Part shown: positions 55,201 to 64,000 of the stretch, piece after piece
Layout: every line of letters starts with the position of its first letter
How positions within the stretch are numbered: the stretch's first letter is position 1
NCBI GenBank assembly: GCA_043803945.1
Contig: JAZDJN010000101.1
Coordinates: forward strand, 12,790 to 76,789
Source: a bacterium
GTDB lineage: Bacteria > Bacteroidota > Ignavibacteria > UBA10030
Direction of reading: 5' to 3'
Length of the DNA: 64,000 bases
Notes under the pieces: model-generated
Database searches by the model: none
Seen by the model: the letters and a program-made list of their open reading frames with translations, nothing else
Told to the model about the DNA's origin: nothing
Position numbers and translations under genes: made by a program

Positions 55201-57673
55201 GCGTTGCCTGCGTTTGATACGGATTGGTCACATCCGATCTAATGACGGCAATATTATTCAGCGGCTGATTGGAGCCTGGTGTCGGATAGGGATTGGCCAC
55301 TGTGGCCTGGAACGAGATCGTGTTGTTCAAATTGCCGCCGCCCGGTGTAACTGTTCCGGCGTTATAGACAAGGATTTGTCGGAGCGGAGTTAACACGGTA
55401 TCGATACGCGTCGGGGCCGGCGTGGAAGTGCCGACTACATAGCGCAACGTTGATGGCAATGTATCGTTGATCACAACATTTGGCGCGTCGGCGGTACCGA
55501 CGTTTCCATATAATAGAGTATAGGTGACGTTATTTCCCGGATTGGCATTCGCCGGGCTGACCGATTTCGAGATATTCATTACTGCACCGAGAACATTACT
55601 GCTCACTGTATTGCTAATCGCTGTGTTCGGCAAATTAGATGCAGCGAGGTTTGCCGTGTTGATAAGAGGATTTGTTCCTGAATAGGGATTTGTCACCTGG
55701 AACGTGATCGAAACGCTGCCTGAAGCAGAAGCAAGGAGATTCCCAAGACTCCACGTCACTTTTCGTGTCGAGGAGTTGTAGGATCCTCCGCCTGTTGCAG
55801 AGACAAAGGTAATACCCTGTACCAGGGAATCGCTCAGTACCGCAGACTTGAGTGTATCAGAGCCGGTGTTTTGATAATTGAGTGTGTAACTGTACTGCGA
55901 TCCTTGCACAAGGCCGGCCGGCGTTGAAACAGATTTTGTTACCGCGGCGGAGACCCTGCTAACCACCACGGGAGCAACATTCAATGCCGAATTAAAGAAT
56001 GTTGAACCTTTCGCAGAGATAGAGTTGTAGTACGTTCCTGAATTTGTATCCGCCAGAACTGTAAACACTAATGTCTTGCTCTGTCCCGCTGCGATAGTAA
56101 ATCCACCACTCCAAGTCCACCGGACAGTCCCTGTTGCATCCAACGAAGGAGAGGTTGTGGGAGGATAGAGCGTACCTCCCGTCGTACTTTGATATTTGAA
56201 TCCCGTTGGAAGAACATCAGTCAATGTATCGATCTTGATTGACGTTGCTTGGGGATTTGTGACAGTAACAGTATAGGTTACTGTCCGGGCAGCCGGAGGA
56301 TCATTGGCAATGACGATGGACTTATCGACTGTTTTCGCCATCGTTGCAGGAATGATACCGCAATTGTTATCGACAACTGCGTAAATGTTATTGTACTCTG
56401 CAACGGTCTGATCGTATGAATCGGCAACATTATTTAATGTGTCATTTGCAATGACCTTAATGAAATACAATCCGCGCGGAATAGAATCTGTCTTCCAGTT
56501 GTATGACCATACACCCAGGGTTGTTGGCGTACCATAGCCGATCAGTGTCCATGTTTTTTCAACCTCATCCAGGACTCCATTCCCGTTGATATCAAGTGCG
56601 TAGTAGAATTTTGTATCGACAACACTGCTGACAACCTGCTGCGTCGCACAACTTCCTGAATTGAGTACCCGCTGCGCAGTCAGAATGGAGGTGGTCAACT
56701 GCACTGTCGGGCAGTAGGTCGCCGCTACGGTCATCACAACAACCTTGGCGAGATTCTCATTACCAAAGTTAATCGGATCACCACCCGCCATAATACCGGT
56801 TGTGCTCGCGCAAAACGCACCGACGTAGGCAAAATCTTTTTGGAAGGGATCATTGAGACTGTTTGCCGTAGTGAAAGATGCTGAAAACACCGAACTCGAT
56901 CCCCAAGTCGGTCCGCCCCAGGGTGCAGCATCGAATAAAGCAATGGGAATTTGGAAATCAAATAAGTAATCTCCGTTGGATGCTGTTGCGTTGATAATGC
57001 GGCTAGTCCCAAAATCGAGCGTGTCTCTTCCGGTTGACCAATTTGCACCAATGGAATTTCCATCCTTATATCTCACCAACTTGTTTGCAGAATCCCGTGC
57101 AGCATACTGCTGGCCGATTCTATAAATACTTGGATTCGCAACGTAATCGACAGATTGGGTTGTGGTCAGAGCGGAATAGATAACCGAAATTCGATCGATG
57201 ACATTACCGCTCGTTCCAGATGATCCATCGAGAAATACTGCAAAATCCCGCCAGCCATCACCATTGACATCGAGGAATAATGTCCAGAGTGCCGAGTTCC
57301 ATGGATCACTGTTAGCAACATTGCCATAGTTATAAGCATTGGGATCACTTTCGAGCCTGATCCTCACAAAAATTCGTGTACCATCATATGAGACATAAGC
57401 ACTGGGGAGCGACAGATCGGGAGTGCCAGATGAAATATTGGCGATGTTTTGTGGACTAGTACCTCCATTCGATTGATCTTGTGTTTTGGGATCCGCGAGT
57501 GCATTCCCTTTCAGTGTGTAAGAGACCCATGAGGAATTGGCAGGCCACGCACCGGGAGAAAAGATTGGAGATTGTCCTAACATTTCTAAGCAAGAAAAAG
57601 CCAAAAGGAGAAGAACACTCAGAGAGAGTTTTCTCCAGGATTTTTTCATCAATGATTTATTATTCTTGCTCAT
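52262..57673 (-). CDS. DUF11-repeat adhesin-like protein (unique N-terminal head plus about 11 DUF11 domains)
   Basis: Signal peptide; ~400-aa Trp/Asp/Cys-containing head (LDVNGDG, LDINGNG); tandem DUF11 domains, the last ending at ITYKYQVR. Confidence 0.88.
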   Translation of the reverse strand: MSKNNKSLMKKSWRKLSLSVLLLLAFSCLEMLGQSPIFSPGAWPANSSWVSYTLKGNALADPKTQDQSNGGTSPQNIANISSGTPDLSLPSAYVSYDGTRIFVRIRLESDPNAYNYGNVANSDPWNSALWTLFLDVNGDGWRDFAVFLDGSSGTSGNVIDRISVIYSALTTTQSVDYVANPSIYRIGQQYAARDSANKLVRYKDGNSIGANWSTGRDTLDFGTSRIINATASNGDYLFDFQIPIALFDAAPWGGPTWGSSSVFSASFTTANSLNDPFQKDFAYVGAFCASTTGIMAGGDPINFGNENLAKVVVMTVAATYCPTVQLTTSILTAQRVLNSGSCATQQVVSSVVDTKFYYALDINGNGVLDEVEKTWTLIGYGTPTTLGVWSYNWKTDSIPRGLYFIKVIANDTLNNVADSYDQTVAEYNNIYAVVDNNCGIIPATMAKTVDKSIVIANDPPAARTVTYTVTVTNPQATSIKIDTLTDVLPTGFKYQSTTGGTLYPPTTSPSLDATGTVRWTWSGGFTIAAGQSKTLVFTVLADTNSGTYYNSISAKGSTFFNSALNVAPVVVSRVSAAVTKSVSTPAGLVQGSQYSYTLNYQNTGSDTLKSAVLSDSLVQGITFVSATGGGSYNSSTRKVTWSLGNLLASASGSVSITFQVTNPYSGTNPLINTANLAASNLPNTAISNTVSSNVLGAVMNISKSVSPANANPGNNVTYTLLYGNVGTADAPNVVINDTLPSTLRYVVGTSTPAPTRIDTVLTPLRQILVYNAGTVTPGGGNLNNTISFQATVANPYPTPGSNQPLNNIAVIRSDVTNPYQTQATLYVTAIPVVALTKKSNKSIYAAGDTATFTFVLHNTGYYAATLDTLVDIFPSGFGYVSTTGGSLSPTSSPIAGATGTVRWRFSPAKSINPGVKDSLIFRAKVALGNATYTNTAVARGVLVSALQDTVATTLPITIASGIESINKTVEKTTGFQNDTLTYTLNYVNNTGGNITRTIVDTLSTYLTFVSQSNDGSMTFTQNGQALSWQRTNIPNGTSIAITIKARVITANVTIPNKGALNTTPATYTNTVATVIQSPPSMTLNKSVNVTKAPVGTELTYTISYSNAPGVAASTNTIITDTIPGRMTYVAGSATGGGSFLATPSPRGRVVWSLGTVNANSNGSVTFKVTIDSGAPNDTVITNTARLTNDEATNLSSFARDTVANIPHLTLVKSVNVTSVGPADTLIYTLKYTNTGSARAYGVSIKDTIPSSTLFVSANRSGIFSGIVVKWDSTSLGSVAVGATDSVILKVRLPKPMTLNSVSQLQNRAVIYSNGISALTSNTALTNVLYPQLAVVKSVDSTTIYAGNTMKYSIVISNSTIVAADSTYITDWVPSTLAYIPNTTKVNNVLQSDIGGNSPVVTGLNVGTVTSSTSKTVEFQLRVIGNIDNNSIIKDTAHVITAKLTNMHNSNVVQTTVYSAPRLWIRKTASATGNTPGSTITYTIKYGNIGTDTLTTIAIYDTIPNYTTYVASSLTGSATINSPDNTVISATPSSIQAGDTSFVFTFQVTVNNPMPVGTTDIYNKAIGSSNNGGSYRDSTLTQIVGSSTLTITKSASALGELHGLPTPRDTITYTINYSLTGNAFFSNMLLRDTLQSGLTYIASSGGGTNTGQAVEWNLGTLNPSSGSVTMTAYSSTVDSFVNWSSIKAAHQSSWTRSDTTKTKIIARPRLTIAKTANNSTPLPGDQVTYTVTVYNYGGATAGFVSFVDIIPGTVTYVPASITIDAVSQPDSGGVVTITETQVTISLTTVNVGQTKAITYKYQVR

Positions 57674-57837
57674 ATTTTTATACGAGGGTGCAACTTATCT
57701 AAACTCTTAACAGTGTCACTTAAAGTTAAACTCCTAATGGCGTATGTACGTGCGCTCTACATCGACTTTTTCTTTCACTATTTTTATATTATACGCACGC
57801 ATAGATAGAGTTTACCCTATCTCTCCGCTTTCGAAAG

Positions 57838-58026
57838 GTTCAAACCTTGTACCAAAAAACATTAACAATTTAACGAGAAAACAAGAGAAATGAAAACGAC
57901 CGAAGCTATTAAATGGTACATTATTCCCAAATTGAGACGCTTATAATGCCAATTTGAGACACTGACTTCGTGAAATCCTATATGGGGTAGGAAAAGATGA
58001 AGATGTACTCGGCACAGTATTTGGCG
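57838..58026. promoter_or_regulatory. Possible divergent sigma54-type promoters with tandem activator sites
   Basis: Minus-strand TGGTAC-N5-TTGA (about 57839-57854); plus-strand CGGCAC-N5-TTGG (about 58010-58024); repeats ccaa(a/t)ttgagac at 57927 and 57949, 22 bp apart. Both -12 boxes deviate from TTGC. Confidence 0.3.
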
Positions 58027-58133
58027 ATCCTTTTTTCTTAAATTAAATGACTAGAATCATGACAATTCAATCACTTTTTTTTCATATTAATAACCACCTG
58101 CGTCAACTCAGCACAAAGAAGAAGGGGTCATAA

Positions 58134-59663
58134 ATGAAACATACACTAATTCCATTTCTGATTGTCATCATGCTGCTCAGCCTCAACACATCATCGGCGC
58201 AGTTCAAAGACCGGGGCACAGAGGTTGGTATTTCTATCGGCGGCTTTATCGGCGATAATGAAGGGCCTAAGGAGATAACAGATTTTCAGGTGAAAAAATT
58301 CTTCCTCGGTTGGGCAAATACATTCCATGCAAGAATTTTCCTGGATTATCCGCTCGCTTCAAACCTTCGGGGACAATTCGGTGCGGGTATTGGACAGCTC
58401 AGGGGGAAGTATTATAAAAGCTCACTCATCCCGATCGACTTACGCCTCTCTCTCTTCCCTTTCAATACAGAGAACATACATCCCTACGGATATCTTGGCA
58501 TTGGAGCAGTCCGTTATGAATGGGAATCCCCGGCATACCGTGTGACTCCCGGCGCCAGCAATAAAAGTTGGGACGCGATGGTACCGCTGGGTGTTGGTGT
58601 TCTTTATCCTTTGAACGATAACCTGACGATGGATTTCACCGGCGGCTATACATTCGGACTCAGCGATGATATCAACGGCCACCGCGGCGGCTGGAACGAC
58701 TCCTGGTGGTCGGTAACGGCGGGAATCAGGGCGCCCTTGCCAGCAGGTGATAGTGATAAAGATAAAGACGGCTTGACTGACAAGGAAGAAAAACAGTTGG
58801 GCACCAATCCAAAGGCTGCCGATACTGATGGCGATGGATTAAGTGATGGTGATGAAGTAAAGAAATATTTCACCGATCCGCTTAAAGCCGACAGCGACGG
58901 AGATGGACTGAATGATGCAGATGAATTGAATCGCTACAAGACCGATCCTCTGAAAACCGACACCGATGGCGATGGTCTCAACGATAAGGAAGAACTTCTT
59001 ACGTATAATACTGAACCGACGAAACGAGACACTGATAATGACGGTTTGAGTGATTATGATGAGGTCATGAAGTTTAAGACCAATCCATTAAAAGCTGACA
59101 CTGACGGAGATGGCCTTTCGGATGGTGAGGAAGTGATCAAGTATAAGACCGATCCGCTGAAACGCGATACCGACAATGGAAGTGTGGATGATGGGACAGA
59201 AGTGAAGCGCGGCTCGAATCCCCTCGATGCAAAAGATGACGTTCCAGTGGCACCAGTCGTTCCGGTAATACCGATTGAGAAACCGGTCACTCCGAAGACC
59301 ATCGAAGTACCAAAACAGGCCGCGAAGGAATTCACGTTCGAGACGATATACTTCAAGAGCGGCAGCGCCTATCTGAATGCAGCGGAACTCGCAAAACTCA
59401 AAAAAGCTGTTGAGACGCTCAAAGAAAATACCGGGATTAAACTTGAACTCTCTGGGCACACCGATAGCATCGGCAAGTTGGGTCTGAATATGCGGCTCTC
59501 GAAAGCTAGAGCAGCTTCGGTTAAAGAATATCTCGTCAAGAAAGGTGTTAAAGAAAATCGGCTTGAGTCCAAAGGATGTGGCCCTGAAAATCCGGTGTCA
59601 GGAAATAATACACCTGAAGGACGAGAGAAGAATCGACGCGTCGAAATTAAAGCAGTGAAGTAG
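58134..59663 (+). CDS. OmpA-family protein: N-terminal beta-barrel, Ca-binding DTDGDGL (TSP3-like) repeats, OmpA C-terminal domain
   Basis: Signal peptide; barrel strands; about 7 D(T/S)DGDGL.D..E...Y.T.P repeats; GHTD..LSKARA..NRRVE. Confidence 0.93.
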   Translation: MKHTLIPFLIVIMLLSLNTSSAQFKDRGTEVGISIGGFIGDNEGPKEITDFQVKKFFLGWANTFHARIFLDYPLASNLRGQFGAGIGQLRGKYYKSSLIPIDLRLSLFPFNTENIHPYGYLGIGAVRYEWESPAYRVTPGASNKSWDAMVPLGVGVLYPLNDNLTMDFTGGYTFGLSDDINGHRGGWNDSWWSVTAGIRAPLPAGDSDKDKDGLTDKEEKQLGTNPKAADTDGDGLSDGDEVKKYFTDPLKADSDGDGLNDADELNRYKTDPLKTDTDGDGLNDKEELLTYNTEPTKRDTDNDGLSDYDEVMKFKTNPLKADTDGDGLSDGEEVIKYKTDPLKRDTDNGSVDDGTEVKRGSNPLDAKDDVPVAPVVPVIPIEKPVTPKTIEVPKQAAKEFTFETIYFKSGSAYLNAAELAKLKKAVETLKENTGIKLELSGHTDSIGKLGLNMRLSKARAASVKEYLVKKGVKENRLESKGCGPENPVSGNNTPEGREKNRRVEIKAVK

Positions 59664-59687
59664 CAATTTCCACACAGGTCAAGAAAC

Positions 59688-59720
59688 AAAAAAGCCCTCG
59701 CAATGCGGGGGCTTTTTATT
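59688..59720 (+). terminator. Rho-independent terminator (probably bidirectional)
   Basis: aaaaaagccctcgc-aat-gcgggggctttttatt. Confidence 0.85.
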
Positions 59721-59847
59721 TCACCATAAGAATCATGGTAACTGCTCAGCATAGTTCGCCCAAAGGATAATATATTTTTCATATGTCTATTTCTGGGCAA
59801 GATAAGGAGCGGATTTGGTGATGGTTGTTGTTCATCTGCGGGAACAA

Positions 59848-59962
59848 TTTCCCCCTTTCGTAAAGGGGGCAAGGGGGATTTTGCGTGGAGTTGGAGTCAT
59901 AATGAGATTTATCTGCTGCATCCTGAAGAATCCCCCCGTCCCCCTTTGAGAAAGGGGGAAAA
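59848..59962. repeat. Inverted pair of CCCCCTTT-N3-AAAGGGGG..GGGGGATT hairpin repeats
   Basis: ccccctttcgtaaagggggcaagggggatt ... aatccccccgtccccctttgagaaaggggga. Confidence 0.8.
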
Positions 59963-60018
59963 AGATAAGTGAAAGTAGAATGATTGCTAACCAAACTGAG
60001 TAAATACGAATCATGAAT

Positions 60019-61041
60019 CTAATTTCTGGAAACAACGTGATCGAACGGAACCATGCCAAAGGAAAATGAATAGGCGACAAGATTCAGTGAAGAGGTCTCG
60101 ATCTTTAACTCATGATCCTCCACATCCGGATTACGGATGAGATGATACAAGCGCGGTTTATCAACGAGGATGTAACTTTTTCCATCCTCACCATACAAAA
60201 CATCCCTGCCGAATGATCCCTTGTTGACGTATTCACCATCCTGATAGAGCACCACCACAAGCGAACCATCGCTTCGGTTTTCTAAAATCACACTCACGAC
60301 CTGTGCCTGATAGCGAAGACAGACGCTTCCCTTCTCATCCTGAGAGCCTTCATAGCGTATCATTTCCCGATCGGAATACCAAGTCCCGTCAAGATAGAAC
60401 CGGCCTTGAAGATGCATACCAAGGTCATCATAGTGCGCTGATGCCTCAAGTCCAAATCCACCAACATTGCCAATGGCTCCACGCACGTAGCCCAATTCAA
60501 TTTCCCCAATATGCTGCCGCACAGCGCCATGAAAGTGAGACTGGCGCCCGGATGCAAACTCAAACGGTGGCAATACTCCCCGGTAGCCTGATTCAATGAG
60601 AAGCGATTGGATTGTTCGTTCCAGCATCTCAACGGCAATTTCATCTTCCTGAAGCGAGCGCAAGTACCCATCCTTATCGATGAGTGCGATCGTCGGCCAC
60701 ACCCTGTTGTCATAGATTGACCAGAGGCGAAGATGGCTATCGAGCACAATTGGATAGCGGATTTCCAATCGTTTCACTGCGTTGGCAACATTATCATACT
60801 CACGGCCGAACTTATATTCCGGGCTGTGAACTCCAATAATGGCGAGCCCATACTCGCTGTACCGTTCGAACCAGGTATTTATCAGCGGCAGCAGATCCAG
60901 GCATTTGGCAGAGCTATAGTCCCAGAAGAAGATCAAGACATTCTGTCCTTCCAAATCTTCAATGGAAATTGGATCGCCATTTATCCAATACTCTCCAAAG
61001 AGCTCAGGCGCCCGGAGTTGTCGAGGTTCATAGTATCTCAT
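60019..61041 (-). CDS. Redoxin/thioredoxin-like protein with a DipZ-type C-terminal domain
   Basis: APEL..WING, FWDYSSAKC, IGVHSPEYKF, NRVWPTIALIDKDG, V..PRLYHLI and YSFSFG. Confidence 0.85.
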   Translation of the reverse strand: MRYYEPRQLRAPELFGEYWINGDPISIEDLEGQNVLIFFWDYSSAKCLDLLPLINTWFERYSEYGLAIIGVHSPEYKFGREYDNVANAVKRLEIRYPIVLDSHLRLWSIYDNRVWPTIALIDKDGYLRSLQEDEIAVEMLERTIQSLLIESGYRGVLPPFEFASGRQSHFHGAVRQHIGEIELGYVRGAIGNVGGFGLEASAHYDDLGMHLQGRFYLDGTWYSDREMIRYEGSQDEKGSVCLRYQAQVVSVILENRSDGSLVVVLYQDGEYVNKGSFGRDVLYGEDGKSYILVDKPRLYHLIRNPDVEDHELKIETSSLNLVAYSFSFGMVPFDHVVSRN

Positions 61042-61140
61042 GCTGAACGAATATAGAGATTGAGGAGTTGATTATCAAATTGGAGGGGATGAGGCGGGGT
61101 ATGGCTTAGCGATACTCGGTATCGATGAATACTAATTCCC

Positions 61141-61929
61141 TTATACTTGACGTGAATTTAATGACGGAATAATCCCTGCCATCGCCTGATAATTTTCATA
61201 ATTGCGAAAGACCTTGTCAACGTACTCCTGTGGCTGGCGCCAATCTCCAAAATAGCCGGCATTCGGCCTCCCCTCGGCCCATACTCGTTGATGGAGCGAT
61301 TTATACCGTTTGGAAAGAAGTTGAAGAGCGGCACTTACCGACATCCAATCATTTGGATTTTGACCCAGGTATTCAGCGAGTGCCTGAGCGTCAAGAATCC
61401 GGTTCAGCCCGGCATTGTAAGATGCCAAAGCCAGCTTAACACGATTTTCAGCATCGGCATTTGGAAATGCATCCAATAAGGTTCGTAAATGGAAGATGCC
61501 TGCTTTGATGTTATCATTGGAGCCCTGAAGACTATCCAGGCCAAGCTGGGAGGCGATTTCGGCCTGTGTCGAAGGCATAATTTGCATCAATCCGGATGCC
61601 CCTTTTTCGCTGATTGCTGAGGAATCAAATTGAGATTCCTGTTTCATCATCGCCATAACCAGCAGCCAGTCCATACCATAACGGTCCGAAACGTTCCGGA
61701 TCAGGTTCGTAAAGGGAAGAATCGTTCCATTTGTTAAACGAGATGACGGCGATTTTGTTGGAGCGACACAGAGTTGGAATGGGGAGGAATTGGAACTGCC
61801 AGACGAAAGGATTGAATTGGCTGTGGCAGGGAAATTACAGCCCTCAAAGGAAGAGATACCAATAGTCGAAAATGACAAAGAGAGTATGATTGTCGCAAAT
61901 GCATAGAGTCTTTTTTTCATAGGCTGCAT
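61141..61929 (-). CDS. SLT-domain lytic transglycosylase (MltF C-terminal-like)
   Basis: QESQF, GASGLMQIMP and ALASYNAG motifs. Confidence 0.92.
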   Translation of the reverse strand: MQPMKKRLYAFATIILSLSFSTIGISSFEGCNFPATANSILSSGSSNSSPFQLCVAPTKSPSSRLTNGTILPFTNLIRNVSDRYGMDWLLVMAMMKQESQFDSSAISEKGASGLMQIMPSTQAEIASQLGLDSLQGSNDNIKAGIFHLRTLLDAFPNADAENRVKLALASYNAGLNRILDAQALAEYLGQNPNDWMSVSAALQLLSKRYKSLHQRVWAEGRPNAGYFGDWRQPQEYVDKVFRNYENYQAMAGIIPSLNSRQV

Positions 61930-62251
61930 TTATTCTACCGCTGCTCAACTACCCTATCTCAACCACACAGGTGCAGTCTAACCGTTCGATTCTCCTATAT
62001 TGTTTTGGGGAACTGATTTTAGCTGGGAATAAGATAAAGAAATTTAACCAGAATTCCAATAGAGACGGCGTGTGCGTGAGTTAGATCAAACAGGATGAGA
62101 GATGATCAGCCGTGTAGTATTCTGTAGTAAAACAGTGAAAATGAAGAAAAAGAGGAAGAAAAGGTTAGATGGAATAGTCAGGAAAGGCTTTCCGCTTTCA
62201 GCATCATGTTGGGAACGTGACACCCGCGTAAAGGAAAGTGGAAGGAAAAAT

Positions 62252-62400
62252 CAGTGATCCCAACGGGCCTCTGGTTGGGATCTACTCCGAGACCTGCATA
62301 TTTCCCCCATTGAGCAGATCCCGGCCAAAGACGTGCCGGGAACACTAAGGGGAGGGAAAACCGCTTACCGCGTACGGTGTCACGGCTAGGCCGTGACACC
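62252..62400. repeat. Inverted pair of REP-like hairpins plus a GTGTCACGG..CCGTGACAC hairpin
   Basis: gtgatcccaacgggcctctggttgggatct ... agatcccggccaaagacgtgccgggaacac; ggtgtcacggctaggccgtgacacc. Confidence 0.75.
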
Positions 62401-62412
62401 GTATTATAAGAA

Positions 62413-63768
62413 CTAACGAACCAGATGAAATCTAGTCTGTCTGTTTAATATCCATTGAACCTTGCCATCCGCTGTTATTTCAGCATCTTCTTCCTGAGCA
62501 GAGCTGATTTTCTGATCTCCCCATTCTGGTATTGCACTTGTTGCCTGAAGTTCGATTGAATACCAGGTATCCGGACGCAGAAGAACGTCTCCCCTGCCCG
62601 GCACGCCCTTTTGGCGATCCCAAAGCCCAATGAGCGGCCCAGCACCATGCCCATGCTCACCAATCGGATGACAATAGATTGTTCCTTCAAGCCCTTCTTT
62701 TCTCATTTGTGTGAGGGAATTCCCCAACACCTGATTTCCGGTCAATCCCAGTTTCATATTTTCCAGAACGATATCCTGGAGCCGGTTACTGTTCTTTAAA
62801 GCCGTCTGAATCCCTGCCGGCGGTTCTGTTTCACCCTCTTTCATGACATACCCCATATGCTGAGTGTCGGTATTCAGACGCATCCCTGTAATCCCAAAAT
62901 CGCAATGGAGCACATCACCCTGCTGGATTACATAGCCCGTCTGATTGCCCTTGATCCCCCCTTGCCGGTAGGCACTAACGCTCGGCTGGAACCAATTGGT
63001 AAATCCAAGCTCAAGGCTCTTCTGCCTCATCCACCAGACAACATCCTCCGTCGTCGTCTTACCTGGGGTGATCACCTTGTTGGAGAAAGCCGTCTCAATG
63101 ATCTTATGAGCTGTCTCCATCATCTTCTTAAACCAGGGTAACATTTCAGGTACTCTCACAGAAATATAGTTCAAAGCAAGTTCTTCGGCCCGAACCAATC
63201 GCTTGCTATACTCCTCACCAAGAGCTTCCTGGAGTTGTTCCCATTCGCCTGCTGACAATCCATCTGAAAATGCAAAGACATGGGAGATATTTACTGCAAT
63301 GGTCTTTGGATCCCTCTCCTTGACAATCTTGCCCAGAAAGTCCCACTGCTCTTTACCTGTAAATTCACCAGACTTCAGTGTTGTATCACGAAGTGTTGCA
63401 TAGAGTCCTCCCTGAGAGGAACCGCCCAGAGAAAGTTTCTCAACACCCTCCTTTTCGCCTCGATCAAAAAATAGGAAGATCGTTCTTCTCCTTGCAGCGA
63501 ATGACGTCGGAGAAACGAGTGAGGAAAAAACGGGATCTTCATTATACTCCCTCATCGGAATAATCCACATATGGACCTTCTGCTCCCTCATCAATTGAGG
63601 CAGCACCCGTTCGAGCCTTGCCTTGAGCCACTCCTGTTGGATCTCTGCTTGCTGCCGCAGAAGCGGGAGTGTATTGGGAATTTCCTGAGATGCAAGAAAT
63701 TGAGCTCCGATGAAGAGGAGACAACACACAAGAAGGAATTGGATTGGACTATTCTTCATACTCATCAC
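62413..63768 (-). CDS. Exported M24-family (Xaa-Pro) aminopeptidase
   Basis: Signal peptide; metal-ligand pattern HCDFG..NTDTQH, HPIGEHGHGAGP, SIEL and QEED. Confidence 0.88.
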   Translation of the reverse strand: MMSMKNSPIQFLLVCCLLFIGAQFLASQEIPNTLPLLRQQAEIQQEWLKARLERVLPQLMREQKVHMWIIPMREYNEDPVFSSLVSPTSFAARRRTIFLFFDRGEKEGVEKLSLGGSSQGGLYATLRDTTLKSGEFTGKEQWDFLGKIVKERDPKTIAVNISHVFAFSDGLSAGEWEQLQEALGEEYSKRLVRAEELALNYISVRVPEMLPWFKKMMETAHKIIETAFSNKVITPGKTTTEDVVWWMRQKSLELGFTNWFQPSVSAYRQGGIKGNQTGYVIQQGDVLHCDFGITGMRLNTDTQHMGYVMKEGETEPPAGIQTALKNSNRLQDIVLENMKLGLTGNQVLGNSLTQMRKEGLEGTIYCHPIGEHGHGAGPLIGLWDRQKGVPGRGDVLLRPDTWYSIELQATSAIPEWGDQKISSAQEEDAEITADGKVQWILNRQTRFHLVR

Positions 63769-64000
63769 ATTTCCGAACTACAAATTACTGTTTCGGGACA
63801 TTGCCCGGTTTAGCAATCACTTGCAATGTATTGGCCACAGCTCTCTCCCCTGCGGCATCAGCTACTCATTACCCACAATTCGTGAGAAGGGTGAAGGGAG
63901 TTGTACAAGACATTTATTTTCAATATGTTATTGAGACAAGTATATGATAACATCTTGAAAGGAACAATGTCATGGAGCGATGGATAACTGAAGAGATCAA

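Noticed and set aside
37099-57673. T9SS cargo, autotransporter or T1SS RTX adhesin
   Set aside because: No T9SS C-terminal domain, no fused autotransporter barrel and no GGxGxD repeats were seen; the proteins have Sec-type signal peptides.
1-64000. tRNA or rRNA genes
   Set aside because: None recognised by eye; a tRNAscan-SE/Infernal run would be needed to exclude them.

Overview
Chromosomal 64-kb window from a diderm bacterium, most likely Ignavibacteria or a related Bacteroidota/Chlorobiota lineage. That assignment is an inference from the bS22-type small ribosomal protein, the SAM-II riboswitch before metH and the overall protein complement. 1-15.5 kb is a surface-polysaccharide region (wzc-like, wbpA/B/D/E-like) whose gene junctions carry toxin-antitoxin/nucleotidyltransferase modules and short repeats; wbpB and wbpD are visibly broken. 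15.5-32.6 kb is mostly housekeeping (EF-G paralogue, bS22, HU, sppA, trxB, queG, ferredoxin, metH) plus gene remnants. 32.7-33.9 kb is a frameshifted GIY-YIG nuclease inside a palindromic repeat array. 34-57.7 kb is a five-gene, 24-kb DUF11-repeat operon with its own predicted outer-membrane barrel, next to a divergent OmpA gene. Two candidates stand out. (1) The DUF11 operon has the domain logic of a covalently polymerised, donor-hairpin-complemented pilus: tip, major subunit, catalytically dead chaperone, peptidoglycan-anchored base and barrel. (2) A family of 19-37-nt C(C/T)TG-plus-hairpin micro-elements inserts without target duplication into other hairpins, into each other and into themselves. 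Functional assignments come from motif recognition by eye; no database searches were run.
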